A DNA stretch of 64,000 nucleotides, taken from contig OZ024741.1 in assembly GCA_964016885.1 (NCBI GenBank), positions 326,740,001 to 326,804,000 of the forward strand, given 5' to 3'. The notes under the pieces were generated by a model that saw nothing but the letters and a program-made list of their open reading frames with translations, was not told the DNA's origin and did no database searches. The translations under genes and the position numbers were made by a program. Origin of the DNA: Eledone cirrhosa. Its lineage: Eukaryota. Below, piece after piece: positions 13,840-28,598 of the stretch. Positions within the stretch are counted from its first letter, which is position 1; each line of letters opens with the position of its first letter.

Positions 13840-16800
13840 TCTTTCTCGGCCACGAAGGGCTCACATTAAGGAACCACTCATGATAATAACAATTTAAAAA
13901 ACCCCAAAAGAAAAACCCGTGACCAATGAAATACCGGGATGGCGGCCGGCGGGGAATAGCCGTGTCTCTAGGGGAGTACGACCCCTCTAGTCTTGGTTGA
14001 CACTCGTCCTAGAAGTGGTAACACGAAATGATTACCCCTTGGCGGTTAAGGATAAAACGCAACAAAATAAAGCCAATGTCAAATGATAAAATCTCATACC
14101 GGATCGGCCTTCACCCGGGTCAAAAAGGGCCGCGTCCTTCAGAGAGGAACCAGACTGGGGTCGAACTATCAGCTAATGGTTCAAACCTTCCCATCAATTC
14201 GGAGCTGGAGACCTCCCATAACCGGAATTCTCCTACTGTTGTCCCTCCCTGCTCACCACCAAGAAATCCAAAGAAAAAGAGAGAGAAATGGTCAAGGGAA
14301 GACAATAAAGAAGTGCTTAAGGCTTTCTACACTGCCATGTACTACCCATCAAATAGATCGAATACAGAACAGACTTATATCAATGGGAAAAAGAAACATC
14401 CCGAAAATAGAGACTATATTGACAGTAACAAACTAGCCAATATACGAATAAATATTGTAAAGAAAAAGTTACTAACTGATATAGAAATTGATCAGATCAA
14501 GCAATTAGCTCAAAGTCAGCGAAGGGAAAATGAAACGTGTCAGTGAAAACGAGGTAAATTGTAACATTTCAAATCCCAGAGCTGGGGCGGAATGACTGAC
14601 AGCAGAACAAATTAAAGAAAGAATCTAAACAGTGGAAGGAGTGTATGCTAAAGATGAAACTCAAAATGAAAAAAAATGAGATCGTCAATGATAAAGAAAT
14701 GAATGAGAATGAACTCGCCGACTTGAAGAATGAAATTATGATCAAATATATGAAAATGAAAGAATCTGACATGGGGGAACGAGACACTCTCCCTAAGATC
14801 CAGAACTCCAAACAAAACCAAAGGATAATACACAAGACTAACATAACTCTCAAAAACATTATCATCACAAATATAGTCAATATTATTGATCTAAATCATC
14901 TCTATTATGCATCGGCTAAAGTCACCACTCACTTATGTGTAGTGAAAATGAATAAAACAAAGGAATCCCCCCTCAAAAACCTACTTGGAACATCAATCGC
15001 CAAATAAACCTTCTCCGGTTTAGCAAACTATAAAGTAGGTGAAGATGTTAAACAAACTAAACTTAGAAAATTGAAAAGAAGAAGATACAGTATAAAATCA
15101 ACAAGTGGCATAGACATGCTGATAGAAACAATCAAGCAAAAAGTGTCGGTTAAAGCTGCTCGTATAAGCCACTTTAAAAAACGATCTAGATTCTATAAGG
15201 ACAATAATATGTTCAAAAACAACCAAACTTCTACAGAAAAATTGGCAAGTCAACAATAACTGCTAAATCAATATTACCCAAGAAGGAAGTGCAAGAATTC
15301 TGGGAAAAGATCTGGGCCGAAGAAAAAGTTCATAATATACATGCCACATGGATAGACAGACAAATGAAAGATACAGCTCATCTTGAGGAACAAACATGGG
15401 AAAATATTACAGTTGATCTTCTGCATTTAGCTCTTAGAAAATCCAGCAAATGGAAATCCCCAGGGAAAGACAAAATACCATATTTTTGGATAAATGCTTT
15501 CACAGAGTCTCATGAGCTGTTAGCCCAACTTTACAATGAAATGGTTAAGGAGCCAGAAAAGATACCATCATGGCTAGTAAACGGCATTACATTCCTATTT
15601 CCAAAGAATGATGAGACAAACAATCCCCCAAATTACAGACGGATAACTTGCTTGACCACAATGTATTAAATTTTAACATCAGTTCCAACTGAATCTACAT
15701 ATGATCACCTGAGGACAAATGATCTATTTCCCAATGATCAGAAAGGGTGTAAACGAGGCTTATATGGCTGTAAGGATCAGCTTTTGGTTAACAACATAAT
15801 ACTGGAAGATTGTCATAATAGACACAAACATCTATCAATTACTTGGATAGATTACAAAAAAGCATTCGATTGTTTGCCACACAGTTGGATTGAAAACTGT
15901 TTAGAGATTTTCAAAATATCTCCCGTTGTCAGGAGGTTCCTGTCATTCAGTATGAAGACATGGAAAACGACAATCATGTTGAATAGTGAAAACAAATCAC
16001 TAGAAGCTGGAGAAGTTAATATTAATTGTGGAATTTTTCAGGGTGACTCTTTATCACCGCTTTTATTCTGCATCGCACTTATACTATTAAGTAAAATGCT
16101 CAATGATGTAAACATGGATATAAAGTCTATGACAAAACCATTAATCACTTGCTCTACATGGATGACCTGAAACTATTTGCAAAAAAATGATAAGCAATTG
16201 CAAGGGCTATTATCCACTGTGAAGCAGTTCAGTGATAATATTAAGATGGAGATTTGAATAGACAAATGAGCCAAAGCCACGTTCACCAGAGGAAAGCTGC
16301 TGAAAAGTTCAGCCATTAATCTTGATCGGGGGAATATGATAAGAGAACTTGATCAAGAGGAAACTTACAGATATCTAAGTGTTTGTGAAGGAGACGGAAT
16401 CAAGCACTCGACAATGAGGGAAAGGATGAGGAAGGAATGTTACCGCGGAGTAAGAGCAATGTTAAGAACGGAATTGAATGCAAGGAATAGGATCAATGCC
16501 TTAAACACGCTTGCCATACCAGTAGTAACCTACAGTTTCAATGTCATCAACTGGTCAAGCACAGAGATCCGTAGGCTCGATACCAAAATTAGAAATTATT
16601 TAAACATGCACAGAATTCATCACCCTAAGGCATATACAAATAGATATATCTCCCTAGGAAAGAAGGAGGATGTGGTTTAATCCAGTTAGATATTGCTTTG
16701 AAAACTGCAACAATTGGATTATCTACATATCTAAGGGAATTACATGATTGGATGATTAAACTCGTTTTGAAACATAAAAGCATCAAAAGATCATATTCTA

Positions 16801-17840
16801 TTATAAAAGATGCACAACGATACAGTAATGAACTACACATTTCAGAAGTTCCATTTACTGCTGAAATGAAAAACACTGGAAACGCAAAACAGGTAAAAGT
16901 AACTGCAAAGAAAGAACTGCTACAGAAACTTGCTAAGAAATGGCAAAACAGCCTCTGTATGGAAAATACCCAGAAAGAGCTAACAATCCTGATGTTGACA
17001 ACACTTTAACCCATCAGTGGTTGGCATCCTCTGGCCTGAAATCGGAGACTGAAGGATTAATTATATCAGCACAAAATTAGTGTCTGCCAACAAAAAATTA
17101 TCAAGCCAACATAATAAAACTTGGATGCAACCCATTATGCTGTGTATGTAAAAAACAACCAGAGACCATTGATCATATAATTTCAATGTGCAGTCTAACC
17201 GAATACCTAAACAGGCACCACAGAACTGCACAATACACACATTGGATAATGTATAAGCATTTTGACCGCCCCATTAAAAGAATTGGTTGGAGCATCAACC
17301 ACCCCCCGTACTTGAAAAAGATCACATCTCAATCTTGTAGAACTTTAGCATCCAAACAGACCGAAAAATAGATGCAAATAGACCTGATATAATACTGAAG
17401 GACTTTAAAAAGAGGGTATGTCTGCTAAGTGATATGTCCGTCCCAATAGACAAGAATGTATCTATAAAAACATTTGAAAAATTGAACAAGTATAAAGACC
17501 TAGGGATAGAAATTGGACAAATGTGGGAATTGAGAACTAAAACAATACCAGTGGTTGTAGGCGCTCTATGAATGACACCTCAGGGGTCTAATGATTACTT
17601 ATCGCAAATCCCAGGAAACCCGCTTATAGGAGAAATACAAAAGATAGTACTAATGGGAACTTCCCATATACCAAGGAAGATTATGTTAATATACGTACAT
17701 CACAAGTCTAAACACCTAAAGATGCATGTGTGTGTATGTATGTTCTTTCTTGAACATGGCGGACCTTGTTGTCTCTTGAGGTCACTGGTTGTGACTTGGT
17801 GATTACTCGTATGAACATAAAGCAAGATAAATGCAACTGT
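13840..17840 (+). mobile_element. Near full-length disrupted Dong/R4-type non-LTR retrotransposon (RT + CCHC + RLE)
   Basis: N-terminal KREKWSRED; WKSPGKDKI, NYRRITCL, WIDYKKAFD, GIFQGDSLSPLLF and YMDDLK (shifted); C-x2-C...ETIDHI..C near 17140; NRPDII..D..VP..EK..KY.DL. Flanked by (TAA)n, the known Dong target. Confidence 0.85.
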
Positions 17841-17890
17841 AATAATAATAATAATAATAATCGTTATTATCATCATCATTATTATCATCA

Positions 17891-18068
17891 TTGGCAGTAT
17901 CGGTAGAGGCTCGGACGCCATGCTTTCCAGCATAGTTACGTCCCTTTACGATCTGAGTTCAAATCCTGCCGAGGTTGACTTTGCCTTTCATCCTTACGGG
18001 GTCGATAAAATAAAGTACCAGTAATACACTGGTGAATGCTGGCCTGGTGCCTAAAGTAGAAACAATTA
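17891..18068 (+). mobile_element. tRNA-derived SINE (family 1)
   Basis: Near-identical to 56980-57160. The central GCCTTTCATCCTTACGGGGTCGATAAAATAAAGTACCAG resembles a conserved SINE core (Meta-like). Confidence 0.85.
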
Positions 18069-19724
18069 TTATTAATATTCTTGTTGTTGTTACATTATTG
18101 ATATTAAATCCTAGGTTTCATTATTGAGTGACAAAAGATTTACTTGGGTAATATTCCTTACAATAGTTCCCTTTCAAACATTAAATGCATTTATGTTCTT
18201 CATCTATCTTGCATATCAATGGCAGCGAAAGGAGCGAAACAGAACCGTCGAATGTTATACCCGAAAGTGAAAAAAAAGTGAAGAAACAGGAGAAAGAAGA
18301 GAAAAACGAGAATACCGTTGCAATGTGAGAGGGCGAGATGATATGAACCAACTAAAGCGATTATTTATGGCGGCCATAAGCAATAAGCTACACATTAATC
18401 TTCTGACATGCTAGCAAAATGTCACATTAATAGAACAGGCACAATATCAAAAAGAACGGCAAAGTAGAGGAAATCAGTTCTTAAGATGTAATTAGCTTCA
18501 AATCAGTGATTTATGTACATTCATTTAGTAATTAACTTGCAGAGAAATTGATTGTAAAGATGAGGCCTGAAAAGATCAATTTGTAATTACATTTATTCAA
18601 GTGCTTAAGACAAGTCGTGACCAAATGCTAAACGTTAATAGCTGTAGACCAAAGGCTTAGCGATTACGGTTTTCGACCTATGATGATATGATCGTGCGTA
18701 CGTTTCCCGGCGGCACGATTTGTCTATGAGCCTGACACTTTACTGTCACGTTGTTCCAGTCAGTTCAGATGGATAAATGAGTTGTACTTGTTGATCAAAC
18801 AGCCAGCCTTGTAACATTCTGTGTCATGCTGGATCATCATCATCATCATCACCGTTTTACGTCCATTCTTCTACGCTAGCATGGGTTAGACGGGTTGTCC
18901 TGTTGTGGACAATGTTAGGTACGTTGACCTTGCCTTGCTCATACGGGCACTGATTTTGGCTTGATTGCTACAGCTGGATGCCCTTCCTAACACTAACCTC
19001 ACTTACAGTAAGTGCTGGATGCTTTTTTCCGTAGCGCCTACATGTTCACTTTACACTGTGGTATGGGTGCTTTTTATATCGTAACACCTCCACGACCACT
19101 TTGCAATAGGAGGGGAGGGGGTATATTGTCTATATGCTTCGGCTTCCGCTTGTTCCCGTGGGAAGTCGGATCTTCTGGATCTCCCTGAGAATTACTTTAA
19201 GGGTTCGCTTATTCGCTAAATGCTCAGGCACATGCTCTCTAATTACACATCCAGTGCGTCATGTTGATGGAACGATTGGCACACATGTTGTATTGACAGA
19301 CGGAAGTCCAATAATAACCGTTGAATCCCCTTTACATCTTTTCTACAAGCAACTATTGACACAGCATCGCAAGAATCCCAGGAAGTTCAATTCACACTTA
19401 TTCGTGATCGTATTCTTTCTGGCATTACCCGAAATTAATAGTGCCGGCAATACCACACAATGCCTTTCTGAGTCTACAACAGAATTACATTATCAGTACA
19501 CGTGTTTGTGCCACACTCGATCACACGCATGTTAGTTTCTGGAATAGACAGTTCAGTATAGCTGTAACATTGATCGTTGAAATGGGAGGGGGGCCTCACT
19601 GTTTCGTAATTTCTATAAGCTTCATGTGAACAACTTCAAATCAAGTAATAGTAATTAGACAAACATAAATATTTTCGTCTTTTCACCTTTGGTACAATTT
19701 TGAGGAATCCGTGAATAAGTACTT

Positions 19725-20600
<876 letters not shown>

Positions 20601-20612
20601 TGCATATATATA

Positions 20613-20695
<83 letters not shown>

Positions 20696-20703
20696 TGAAT
20701 ATA

Positions 20704-20769
<66 letters not shown>

Positions 20770-20779
20770 AACGAGTAAG

Positions 20780-20873
20780 ACCCCGACAGCTGAGCTCAAG
20801 CCGTTTCGACGGTTAATTCTGGACTAAATGAAAATTTATCCTGGTATTTAAATAGCCGATCTTCTCAAGGGGT
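20780..20873 (-). ncRNA. Hammerhead ribozyme (U3-A8) in the inverted pLTR
   Basis: Reverse complement of 23860-23953 with one helix II change. Confidence 0.8.
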
Positions 20874-21224
20874 AATTCCATATATGGTCAAAGTGATTGT
20901 CAAAAATCAGTAGTAATTCTGTGGTTGCAAATTAGTAGGGGAGATGGTGGCTAAACCAGCCAGTAGGAGAAAGAGGGGAGGGGGTGGAGTAGCCCCAATC
21001 AAGCGTTTGTAGTGCCAGCTACAGCTGGGCATGAGGTCAAAGAAGATTCAAGGGAGGGGGAGGGGGAGGAAGTCGGAACGGTAGGTAGAACACTGGGGGG
21101 TAGAAATATATAGGAAAGAGAGTGAAGAAAAGCAAATAAGTGTAAAGAAAAACAAATGAGTGTAAAGAAAAAAGTAAAATAAATTAAATTCTACGACCTA
21201 GGTCTCTAGATACCAAAAGTCCGC

Positions 21225-22745
21225 GTGATACCAAAAGTCAAGCAACACACCCGACTTAGCCTATGGATCAACACCCAGGAAGTAATCTCCTGGTTCAGCA
21301 ATATGGAGGATAAACGAGAAACTAAATTCATACAGTTCGACATAGAGAGCTACTATGCTTCAATCACCTTACCGCTACTTACTGCCGCCTTGGACTTCGC
21401 CGAAACACTTGTGCCCATCACCGACCAGGAAAGAAAAATCATCCTCCACGCCAGGAAGACAGTCTTACTCTTTGACGACTCTAAATGGATAAAAATAGCT
21501 CCCGACTCACCCTTCGACGTCAGCATGGGCGCCACGGATTCGGCGGAGGTCACAGATCTTATAGGATTATTCCTAATAGCCAAACTCACTGATATGTTTC
21601 CTGCATTCGGTGGTGGATTGTACCGTGATGATGGGCTCCTTACCCTTAAAGGGTACAACCCTAGTAGTACAGATCGGGTCCGGAAACAATTAATCAGATT
21701 CTTCCGCGACTGGGGATTTAAAATAACCATACAAACGTCCCTGACCAGAGTAAACTTCCTGGACGTGACCCTCGACCTCGAAAACGACCTGTACTACCCA
21801 TACAGGAAACCTAATGACAATCTGCACTACATCCACCGGCGATCAAACCATCCTAGGAACATCACAAACAACCTGGTCAAAAACATCTCCCTCCGCATAT
21901 CCCGTTTGTCAGCTAATGAGCGGATATTCGATGAACATGCGCCTTATTACAACCAGGCCCTCAAGCGGAGTGGTTTCCGGGAGGAAATATCCTACTGTCC
22001 AGCTCCCATTAGCGGAACCAGCAGGAGACACCGCCGCTCACGCAATGTAACATGGTTCAATCCTCCCCACAACGCAGAGGTGACAACTCCCATCGGGAAA
22101 CTATTCTTTAGGCTCATTGAAAAACACTTCCCATTACAACACCGCTACCACAACATAATTAACAAAAATACCATCAAACTCTCTTACAGCACTACACCAA
22201 ACTTCGAACAAAACATCGTCTCCTCTAACAAAAAAAAACTCAACCCCGATGGCAGAAATAACCTAAATAGCAGTGGAGAACCGACCAGGAGGTGTAACTG
22301 CCCGGATAGATCTATCTGCCCACTCGACAATAGATGCAGAGACCGTAATGTGATCTACCAGTGCAACGTGAGGACGGATACCTCCAACAAAGCCTATATA
22401 GGACTTACCGCATGTGACTTCAAGACCCGGCTATACCAACATAGACATACCTTCCGAAACCCGGCCCGGCGTCACGCCACTACACTCTCGGGCCACATAT
22501 GGGACCTCAAGGACAACAACATCACCTATGATCTCACTTGGAGATTACTGTCCAGAGCCAATTCTTACACGGGAGGACGCCGTCCGTGCAATTTATGCTC
22601 GGAGGAAACTTTACAAATGCTGTTTTCGACGGACCAACTCCTAAACAAGAAAGATGAACTGGTTACTGCATGTAAACATAGATTGCGTAGGACTTACCTC
22701 GCCCTCAAACCCCATAATGACCCGGGGGGTAGACTAGGGCTATAA
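21225..22745 (+). CDS. PLE RT + C-terminal GIY-YIG endonuclease (5'-truncated at the inversion junction)
   Basis: FIQFDIESYY, FDVSMGATDSAE, LYRDDGL, VNFLDVTLD, WFNPP, CNC-x5-CPL-x3-C, VIY...YIG and CNLC. No CCHH, which fits the Hydra clade. Confidence 0.88.
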   Translation: MIPKVKQHTRLSLWINTQEVISWFSNMEDKRETKFIQFDIESYYASITLPLLTAALDFAETLVPITDQERKIILHARKTVLLFDDSKWIKIAPDSPFDVSMGATDSAEVTDLIGLFLIAKLTDMFPAFGGGLYRDDGLLTLKGYNPSSTDRVRKQLIRFFRDWGFKITIQTSLTRVNFLDVTLDLENDLYYPYRKPNDNLHYIHRRSNHPRNITNNLVKNISLRISRLSANERIFDEHAPYYNQALKRSGFREEISYCPAPISGTSRRHRRSRNVTWFNPPHNAEVTTPIGKLFFRLIEKHFPLQHRYHNIINKNTIKLSYSTTPNFEQNIVSSNKKKLNPDGRNNLNSSGEPTRRCNCPDRSICPLDNRCRDRNVIYQCNVRTDTSNKAYIGLTACDFKTRLYQHRHTFRNPARRHATTLSGHIWDLKDNNITYDLTWRLLSRANSYTGGRRPCNLCSEETLQMLFSTDQLLNKKDELVTACKHRLRRTYLALKPHNDPGGRLGL

Positions 22746-23859
22746 CACCCCACTTGCTGACTTTGCAATGGGTAACCCCTGCTTGCCAAGGGAGACGTAA
22801 GATCTTCTTTGTATTCTTTTATCGCTTCCTTTATTTCCTTCCTTCCCCCCTCTCTCCTTAGTCCTTCTACCCCAGCACTTCTCCTTTGTCGACGTCTTTT
22901 CTCGCCCACCCGAGGCTGCCCTTTGGCCCCTTGTAGCCTTAGTACCCCTACCCCCTCCCCTAGTCTAGGATAGATTTGGCGGACTCCGCCCTTTATAGCA
23001 GTTGGTTTAGACCCCGGATACTTGTCCCCTTTTTCCGACCGCTCCCACTATTCTCTGTGCCCTCTATATTTCTTAGTGGCACTTATGCCTTATTTTTTCG
23101 TTTCAGTATTTCTTTCTTCGCTTTTCTTTTGGGCGGGGTGGATTCTGAATTTATTCTTCCGTATTCTACTTTTACTTCGTACGAACTTTCATGTAGCTTG
23201 TTTTAGATCTTTTAGAGTTAGCATTAGTATACATTTTTCTCGGGACTCAGAATTATTATCTCGTATTAGTTCACTTTGCTGCACTGGGTGGTGGCTGGAA
23301 TTGTACCCGGGATGGAAACCTTTATTGTCTATTTCGTGGTAGTCTCTTTAGTATTTTGGCCCCTTTTGTTGACCCGTCACCGTATCATTTACGTACTTAT
23401 ACCTCTTAAAAGGGTCCTCGCCTATACCCTCCCACCTAGTTCTTTTACTTATTTCGTTATTTCTTTATTTCTTTCTCTACTTCTTTCTTTCTTTATTTAT
23501 TTATTTATTCCAGACTAACAATAGCTAGAGACCTAGGTCGTAGAATTTAATTTACTTTACTTTTTTCTTTACACTCATTTGTTTTTCTTTACACTTATTT
23601 GCTTTTCTTCACTCTCTTTCCTATATATTTCTACCCCCAGTGTTCTACCTACCGTTCCGACTTCCTCCCCCTCCCCCTCCCTTGTATCTTCTTTGACCTC
23701 ATGCCCAGCTGTAGCTGGCACTACAAACGCTTGATTGGGGCTACTCCACCCCCTCCCCTCTTTCTCCTACTGGCTGGTTTAGCCACCATCTCCCCTACTA
23801 ATTTGCAACCACAGAATTACTACTGATTTTTGACAATCACTTTGACCATATATGGAATT

Positions 23860-23953
23860 ACCCCTTGAGAAGATCGGCTATTTAAATACCAGGATAAATT
23901 TTCATTTAGTCCAGAATTAGCCGTCGAAACGGCTTGAGCTCAGCTGTCGGGGT
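23860..23953 (+). ncRNA. Hammerhead ribozyme (U3-A8) in the 3' pLTR
   Basis: ACCCC-TTGAGAA-GATCGGCTA...TAGCCGTC-GAAA-CGGCT(TGAGCTC)AGCTG-TC-GGGGT. GUC site after 23948. Confidence 0.85.
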
Positions 23954-24070
23954 CTTACTGGTTCCTATTATCCACTCTACTACCTCAAGTATTGAGTACT
24001 TTGGTGCGTTATGGTCCACCTGGTTCCTTACCACATTTCCTTCGGTATATATATATATATATATATATAT

Positions 24071-24274
24071 ATAGGAAAAGAGTCAGGAACCCGACGGCTG
24101 AGCTCTGGCCCTCCGGCAGGTAGACCTGAACGCGTTCAGGTCTAGCTGCCGAAACGGCCGCAGCTCAGCCGACGGGGTCCTGACTCTTTTCCTATTACCC
24201 ACTCTACTACCCTAAGTAACGAGTACTCTGGTGCGTTATGGTCCACCTAGTTCCTTATCACACTTTCTTCGTTT
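24071..24274 (+). mobile_element. Mini palindromic PLE-end element (diverged subfamily)
   Basis: Inverted repeat 24071-24195 plus a tail homologous to 23969-24045. Confidence 0.85.
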
Positions 24275-24279
24275 TACAG

Positions 24280-24325
<46 letters not shown>

Positions 24326-24413
24326 ATATATATATACATGCACACACACAGAGAGGCAGACAATTATGTATATTATGTATATATACATAATTTAATTTAA
24401 GTGAAAGACCAAA

Positions 24414-24917
24414 GATAATATTTCAAATCATTATATGAACATCTACGTTCGTTTCAATTTTAATGGAATCGCCGCAGGAAATCAATATAAGACTTGGAGA
24501 ATGCATTACCAAACTATGGTCAATAAATTATAGATATTAAAAAGTCTTAAAAGAAAACAAATATGCAGACTATTGAATAGATGGACGAATGAAATCGTTA
24601 GTATCTTTAAATATCATGCAATTAGATTAAAGTCATAAAATGCCCCACATTAGACATTTTATAGCTTTAATCTAATTGCCAGATACTTTAAAAAAAACAA
24701 CTAACAATCATATTAGTCTATCTAGTCAACTGTCTTCTATATGTATGTGTTTTATAAAGAATGTTTAATATGTAGCGTTCATTTACCATGGCTTAGTACC
24801 TTTAAGGATATGATTTTTGAGGTCTTATATGGATTTGCTTGGGATATTCTAATGTTATCTAATTGCATTAAAATTGAAATGAACGTAGAACTTAATACAA
24901 TGATTTGAAGTATTATC
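24414..24917. repeat. ~500 bp degenerate foldback (inverted repeat)
   Basis: GATAATATTTCAAATCATT... pairs with ...AATGATTTGAAGTATTATC. Inner arms GCAATTAGATTAAAG/CTTTAATCTAATTGC. Centre ~24648. Confidence 0.75.
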
Positions 24918-24979
24918 ATTGCTTTTTCACTTCTCTCTGACTCTCTCTCTCCCTCTCTCTTTCTCTCTCTCTCTCTCTC

Positions 24980-25099
<120 letters not shown>

Positions 25100-25330
25100 G
25101 AAATAAAATAGCTTTCAGCGTATTTTTGACTAAAGAAATTTTAGACTCATAATGGGATTTAGAACCCTCAGATAAATGGAAAAAGCTGGGTATTGTCAAT
25201 ACTCATCTTTTTCCATTTATCTGAGGGTTCTAAACCTCATATCAGGCTAAAATTTCTTTAGTCAAAAATACGGTGAAAGCTATTCTATTTCAAATATCAA
25301 ACTTGGTCACTGTTTCAAAACATACTTACT

Positions 25331-25332
<2 letters not shown>
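25100..25332. repeat. Palindromic element (~96 bp arms plus ~40 bp tail) between (TA)n runs
   Basis: 25100-25291 is an inverted repeat centred ~25196. Same arm-plus-tail layout as the PLE mini elements. Confidence 0.75.
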
Positions 25333-25407
<75 letters not shown>

Positions 25408-25448
25408 GTTTGGATTCTGTCGATCGATTGGTTATTGATTAGGCGATA

Positions 25449-25547
25449 CCCGCTGATGAAGCCGCATAAACCGATTGTGCATTGTTGCATAATATATGCA
25501 GACGGATGGTGCAGTGCTCATTAGTGCGGCTCAAACTCGAGCCCAGG
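25449..25547 (+). ncRNA. Decayed hammerhead ribozyme
   Basis: CCCG-CTGATGA-AGCCGCA...TGCGGCT-CAAA-CTCGAG-CC-CAGG. Helix II is intact; GAAA and the cleavage site are mutated. Confidence 0.55.
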
Positions 25548-26229
25548 AACTATAATAGGCACCCGTTTTACGTGTGTTGTATTGAAATCAATAACTATGT
25601 GTATACTCTGGGAATGTATCTTACATTGCCCATTGAGTACGCTGAGATGCAACCGGTCCTGGCATTGATAAATATGCTGGGTCCGTCAACTCCTTATATA
25701 TATATATAAATATATATTTGTTTGCTGTTGTTGTCGTTGTAGTTGTTGTCTATATGTGATGGTCAACAAAATACATACCCCCCCCCCCATTCAGAGCTCC
25801 ATTTATTGCTTCCACTGTCTACTGGGTTTTGGCTGCACACAGTTCTTCGTTCTTTTCGTATTTTTTCGTAGATAGTTTTTCTAGCAAACACGACGGCTGG
25901 CAAACCCTTCAAGGAACTCATATGTATGCTTGGCACACAGGCATTAGGACGTGTGTTTTCCTGCCAGCGACATATCAAACATATCGATATTCATCTGAGG
26001 TTACCGTTCTCATAATCAACACCAAATGCATGAAAGGCATCTCGATTGCATGGAGAACCGTGGAAATAATTATTATGATTAAACGATATATGTAACCTCA
26101 CCATCTTATTTTGTTATTTTTATAAAATTCTCCATCGTAATAAAAACAACGATTGGTGAGAGCTTTCTCCTGCTTACTACTGTTTTTACCAAAAAATCTT
26201 TTCCGAACACATGCAGCTCCAGCACTGTT

Positions 26230-26895
26230 GAGCACTTTGAGAATAAGCAGCTGAAAATAGGATGCTATCTTCTAACATCTCCGAGTCCATGAAGGACATT
26301 CCCTTACCCACCAAAAAGGAGTACACCAGACAGCTAATCCTTCAAACAGACTCGTTTGTACGCAGAATGCAGTGGAAGGCTTTATACTATGATAGGAAAA
26401 TTCTACGAATGATGTGGACACTGGCAACCCAGACTCTACGTTCGGTTTTAAATCTAGAAAAAACCCACCACAAAACAAACTTATGGAGGGCTTTGAGAAA
26501 GAGATGGCCAATATTATTTCAGGCGTCAAATTCAATAGGTCCCCATCAAAGGAGCAGCCTCACCTCAGGAAACTAGCGATTAGGGTCTCTGCACTAAAAC
26601 GCTCAGACGGAATTCTCGTTCATGCGGATAAAACGGGTAACCTCTACAACTTGGATGCAGCAACTTATATTAAACTAATACTTAAGGAACTTAGAAAGAA
26701 TTACAGACAAACTACACAGGCTAACCTTGACGACATTAACAAGTGGACTAATAGAATAGTGAATAAACTCAGCATTGCGGTTAGGACCGGACGTACCAAC
26801 CCAAAGAACCCCGTATCTTGCTGAAGGATCACAAACCGAACTTTGGAACGGAACTCCCATTCAGACTTATAGTAACATCAAAGTCTGACATCGGT
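26230..26895 (+). pseudogene. 5' coding fragment of a Hydra-like PLE
   Basis: SMKDIPLPTKKEY..FVRRMQWKA, FGFKSRKNPP, HADKTGNLY, LKDHKPNF..FRLI. Homologous to 38406-39070. Confidence 0.75.
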
Positions 26896-28390
26896 TTTAA
26901 AAGTTAATGGGTATTTGTATAATTATGTTAAATTTCTAAAATTCAAATTTTATGAAGACATAACTTTGATTCAGATCTTTATTTTCCTTTCTCTGTTTTA
27001 AATATATAGTTTAGATATCTAACCGGTAAATTTACTGATTATAATTTGAACTGTGGATCATTCATGCGTTTGCATATTTTATATATATATATATATATAA
27101 TTTACTCATTTTGAGATGGATTTTGGAGACTCAGAAAATTGGATTTGCGCTTTGATTTTTTATGTATATTTAACAAACCATAATAGCTGACAAATATTGG
27201 TCTATTTATCCACTGAACTGGAGGTAAAACTTCTAACAATGATTATAATTGCTATTTTTTATTGAATGTATACCATTTTCATTAATACCTAGTATATCTA
27301 TATATAGTTTGTACAAATATCTTTATCTAGTGTAATAACATAATCGTAGTTGCATTTATATAAAACTACTAACAGTCATTATAATTATTATTCTTTATTA
27401 AATGTATACCGTTTCATTAATACCTAGTATATCTATATATAGTTTGTACAAATATCTTTATCTAGTGTAATAACATAATCGTAGTTACATTTATATAAAT
27501 AATTTAAACACTCAAATGACATTATTATAAGTGTTTGGTTTTCCCTGGAAGGTCGAACTTATTTAATCATTTAATACAATATATGAACAAATAATAAATT
27601 ATAGTCTTGGTATATTATGATCAATACATATATATATATAGTTGAACATTCTGTCTTCTTTAAGTTTAATTATTAGACCTGTTAATACTTTAGGCACTCA
27701 AACTATTTAACAATGAATTCTTTAATAGTTATAACTATAAATATCTCATAAATTACATTATAGAAACTATTGTCAATATTATAAGTAATTATGGTAAATA
27801 TTACCTTTGTGGGGATATCAAACATTATATGTATATTTTCTTTCTTTCGCGGGTTTGGTAAATCCTTTGAATTTGTGTTCATAAAATTTGAATTGTAGAA
27901 ATTTAACATAATTATATTATAGTATTAATACAAATACTCATTAACTTTTAAAACCTAAAATTTGATTCTTTACCCTGAAATAACATAAATTAAATATTTT
28001 GAAAATTAACCGCCAACTTTATATGAATATGTGTATGTAGAAACTTGAGCATAAATTACTCCCCTTTGTCTCTCTCTCTCTTTATTTATCTTTCATCTGT
28101 CTTCTCAAGCTAAATACTAAATAAGTTATAACATCAGCTACTTCTTCCTCTATGCTTTCCTCTCCCGCATATTTCTCTAGTAGTTTTTTAAATATTAAAA
28201 ATTCTAGAGCTGTTATATTGATGCCATATATTTCTTAAAATATATTACTCACACTCTCTCTATTGATTGTATTACGTTTTCTCATGTTCTCAATATTAGG
28301 GTATAAATATTGAGTTTTCTCATAGGTTAATCACTACCTTGATTAAATCTTAACCATCTACCATGTCAGGGTATGTCATGTATCATTTTA

Positions 28391-28453
28391 TTTTATCTGA
28401 TGAGAACATATTGTTGAACTTAATTCAGTACCTCTGAAATATGTATAATAAAA
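28391..28453 (+). ncRNA. Hammerhead ribozyme at the 3' end of an old AT-rich PLE remnant (~26900-28500)
   Basis: TTTTAT-CTGATGA-...-GAAA-TATGTA-TA-ATAAAA. Helix I is identical to that of the HHR at 38229. Confidence 0.65.
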
Positions 28454-28495
28454 TATAATTGATCACAAGAATATCTATTTTGTTAATATTTGGAA

Positions 28496-28598
<103 letters not shown>

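Larger units (their letters stand above)
20766..24045 (+). mobile_element. Young Hydra-like Penelope element with 5' inverted pseudo-LTR
   Basis: 20766-21209 is an inverted copy of 23525-23968. An uninterrupted RT-EN ORF lies between. (TA)n on both sides. Confidence 0.92.

Noticed and set aside
19134-19629. 133-aa ORF as a possible host exon
   Set aside because: No recognisable domain or supported splice structure; possibly old TE sequence.
27250-27500. ~136 bp tandem duplication
   Set aside because: No ribozyme core; a local duplication inside a decayed PLE.
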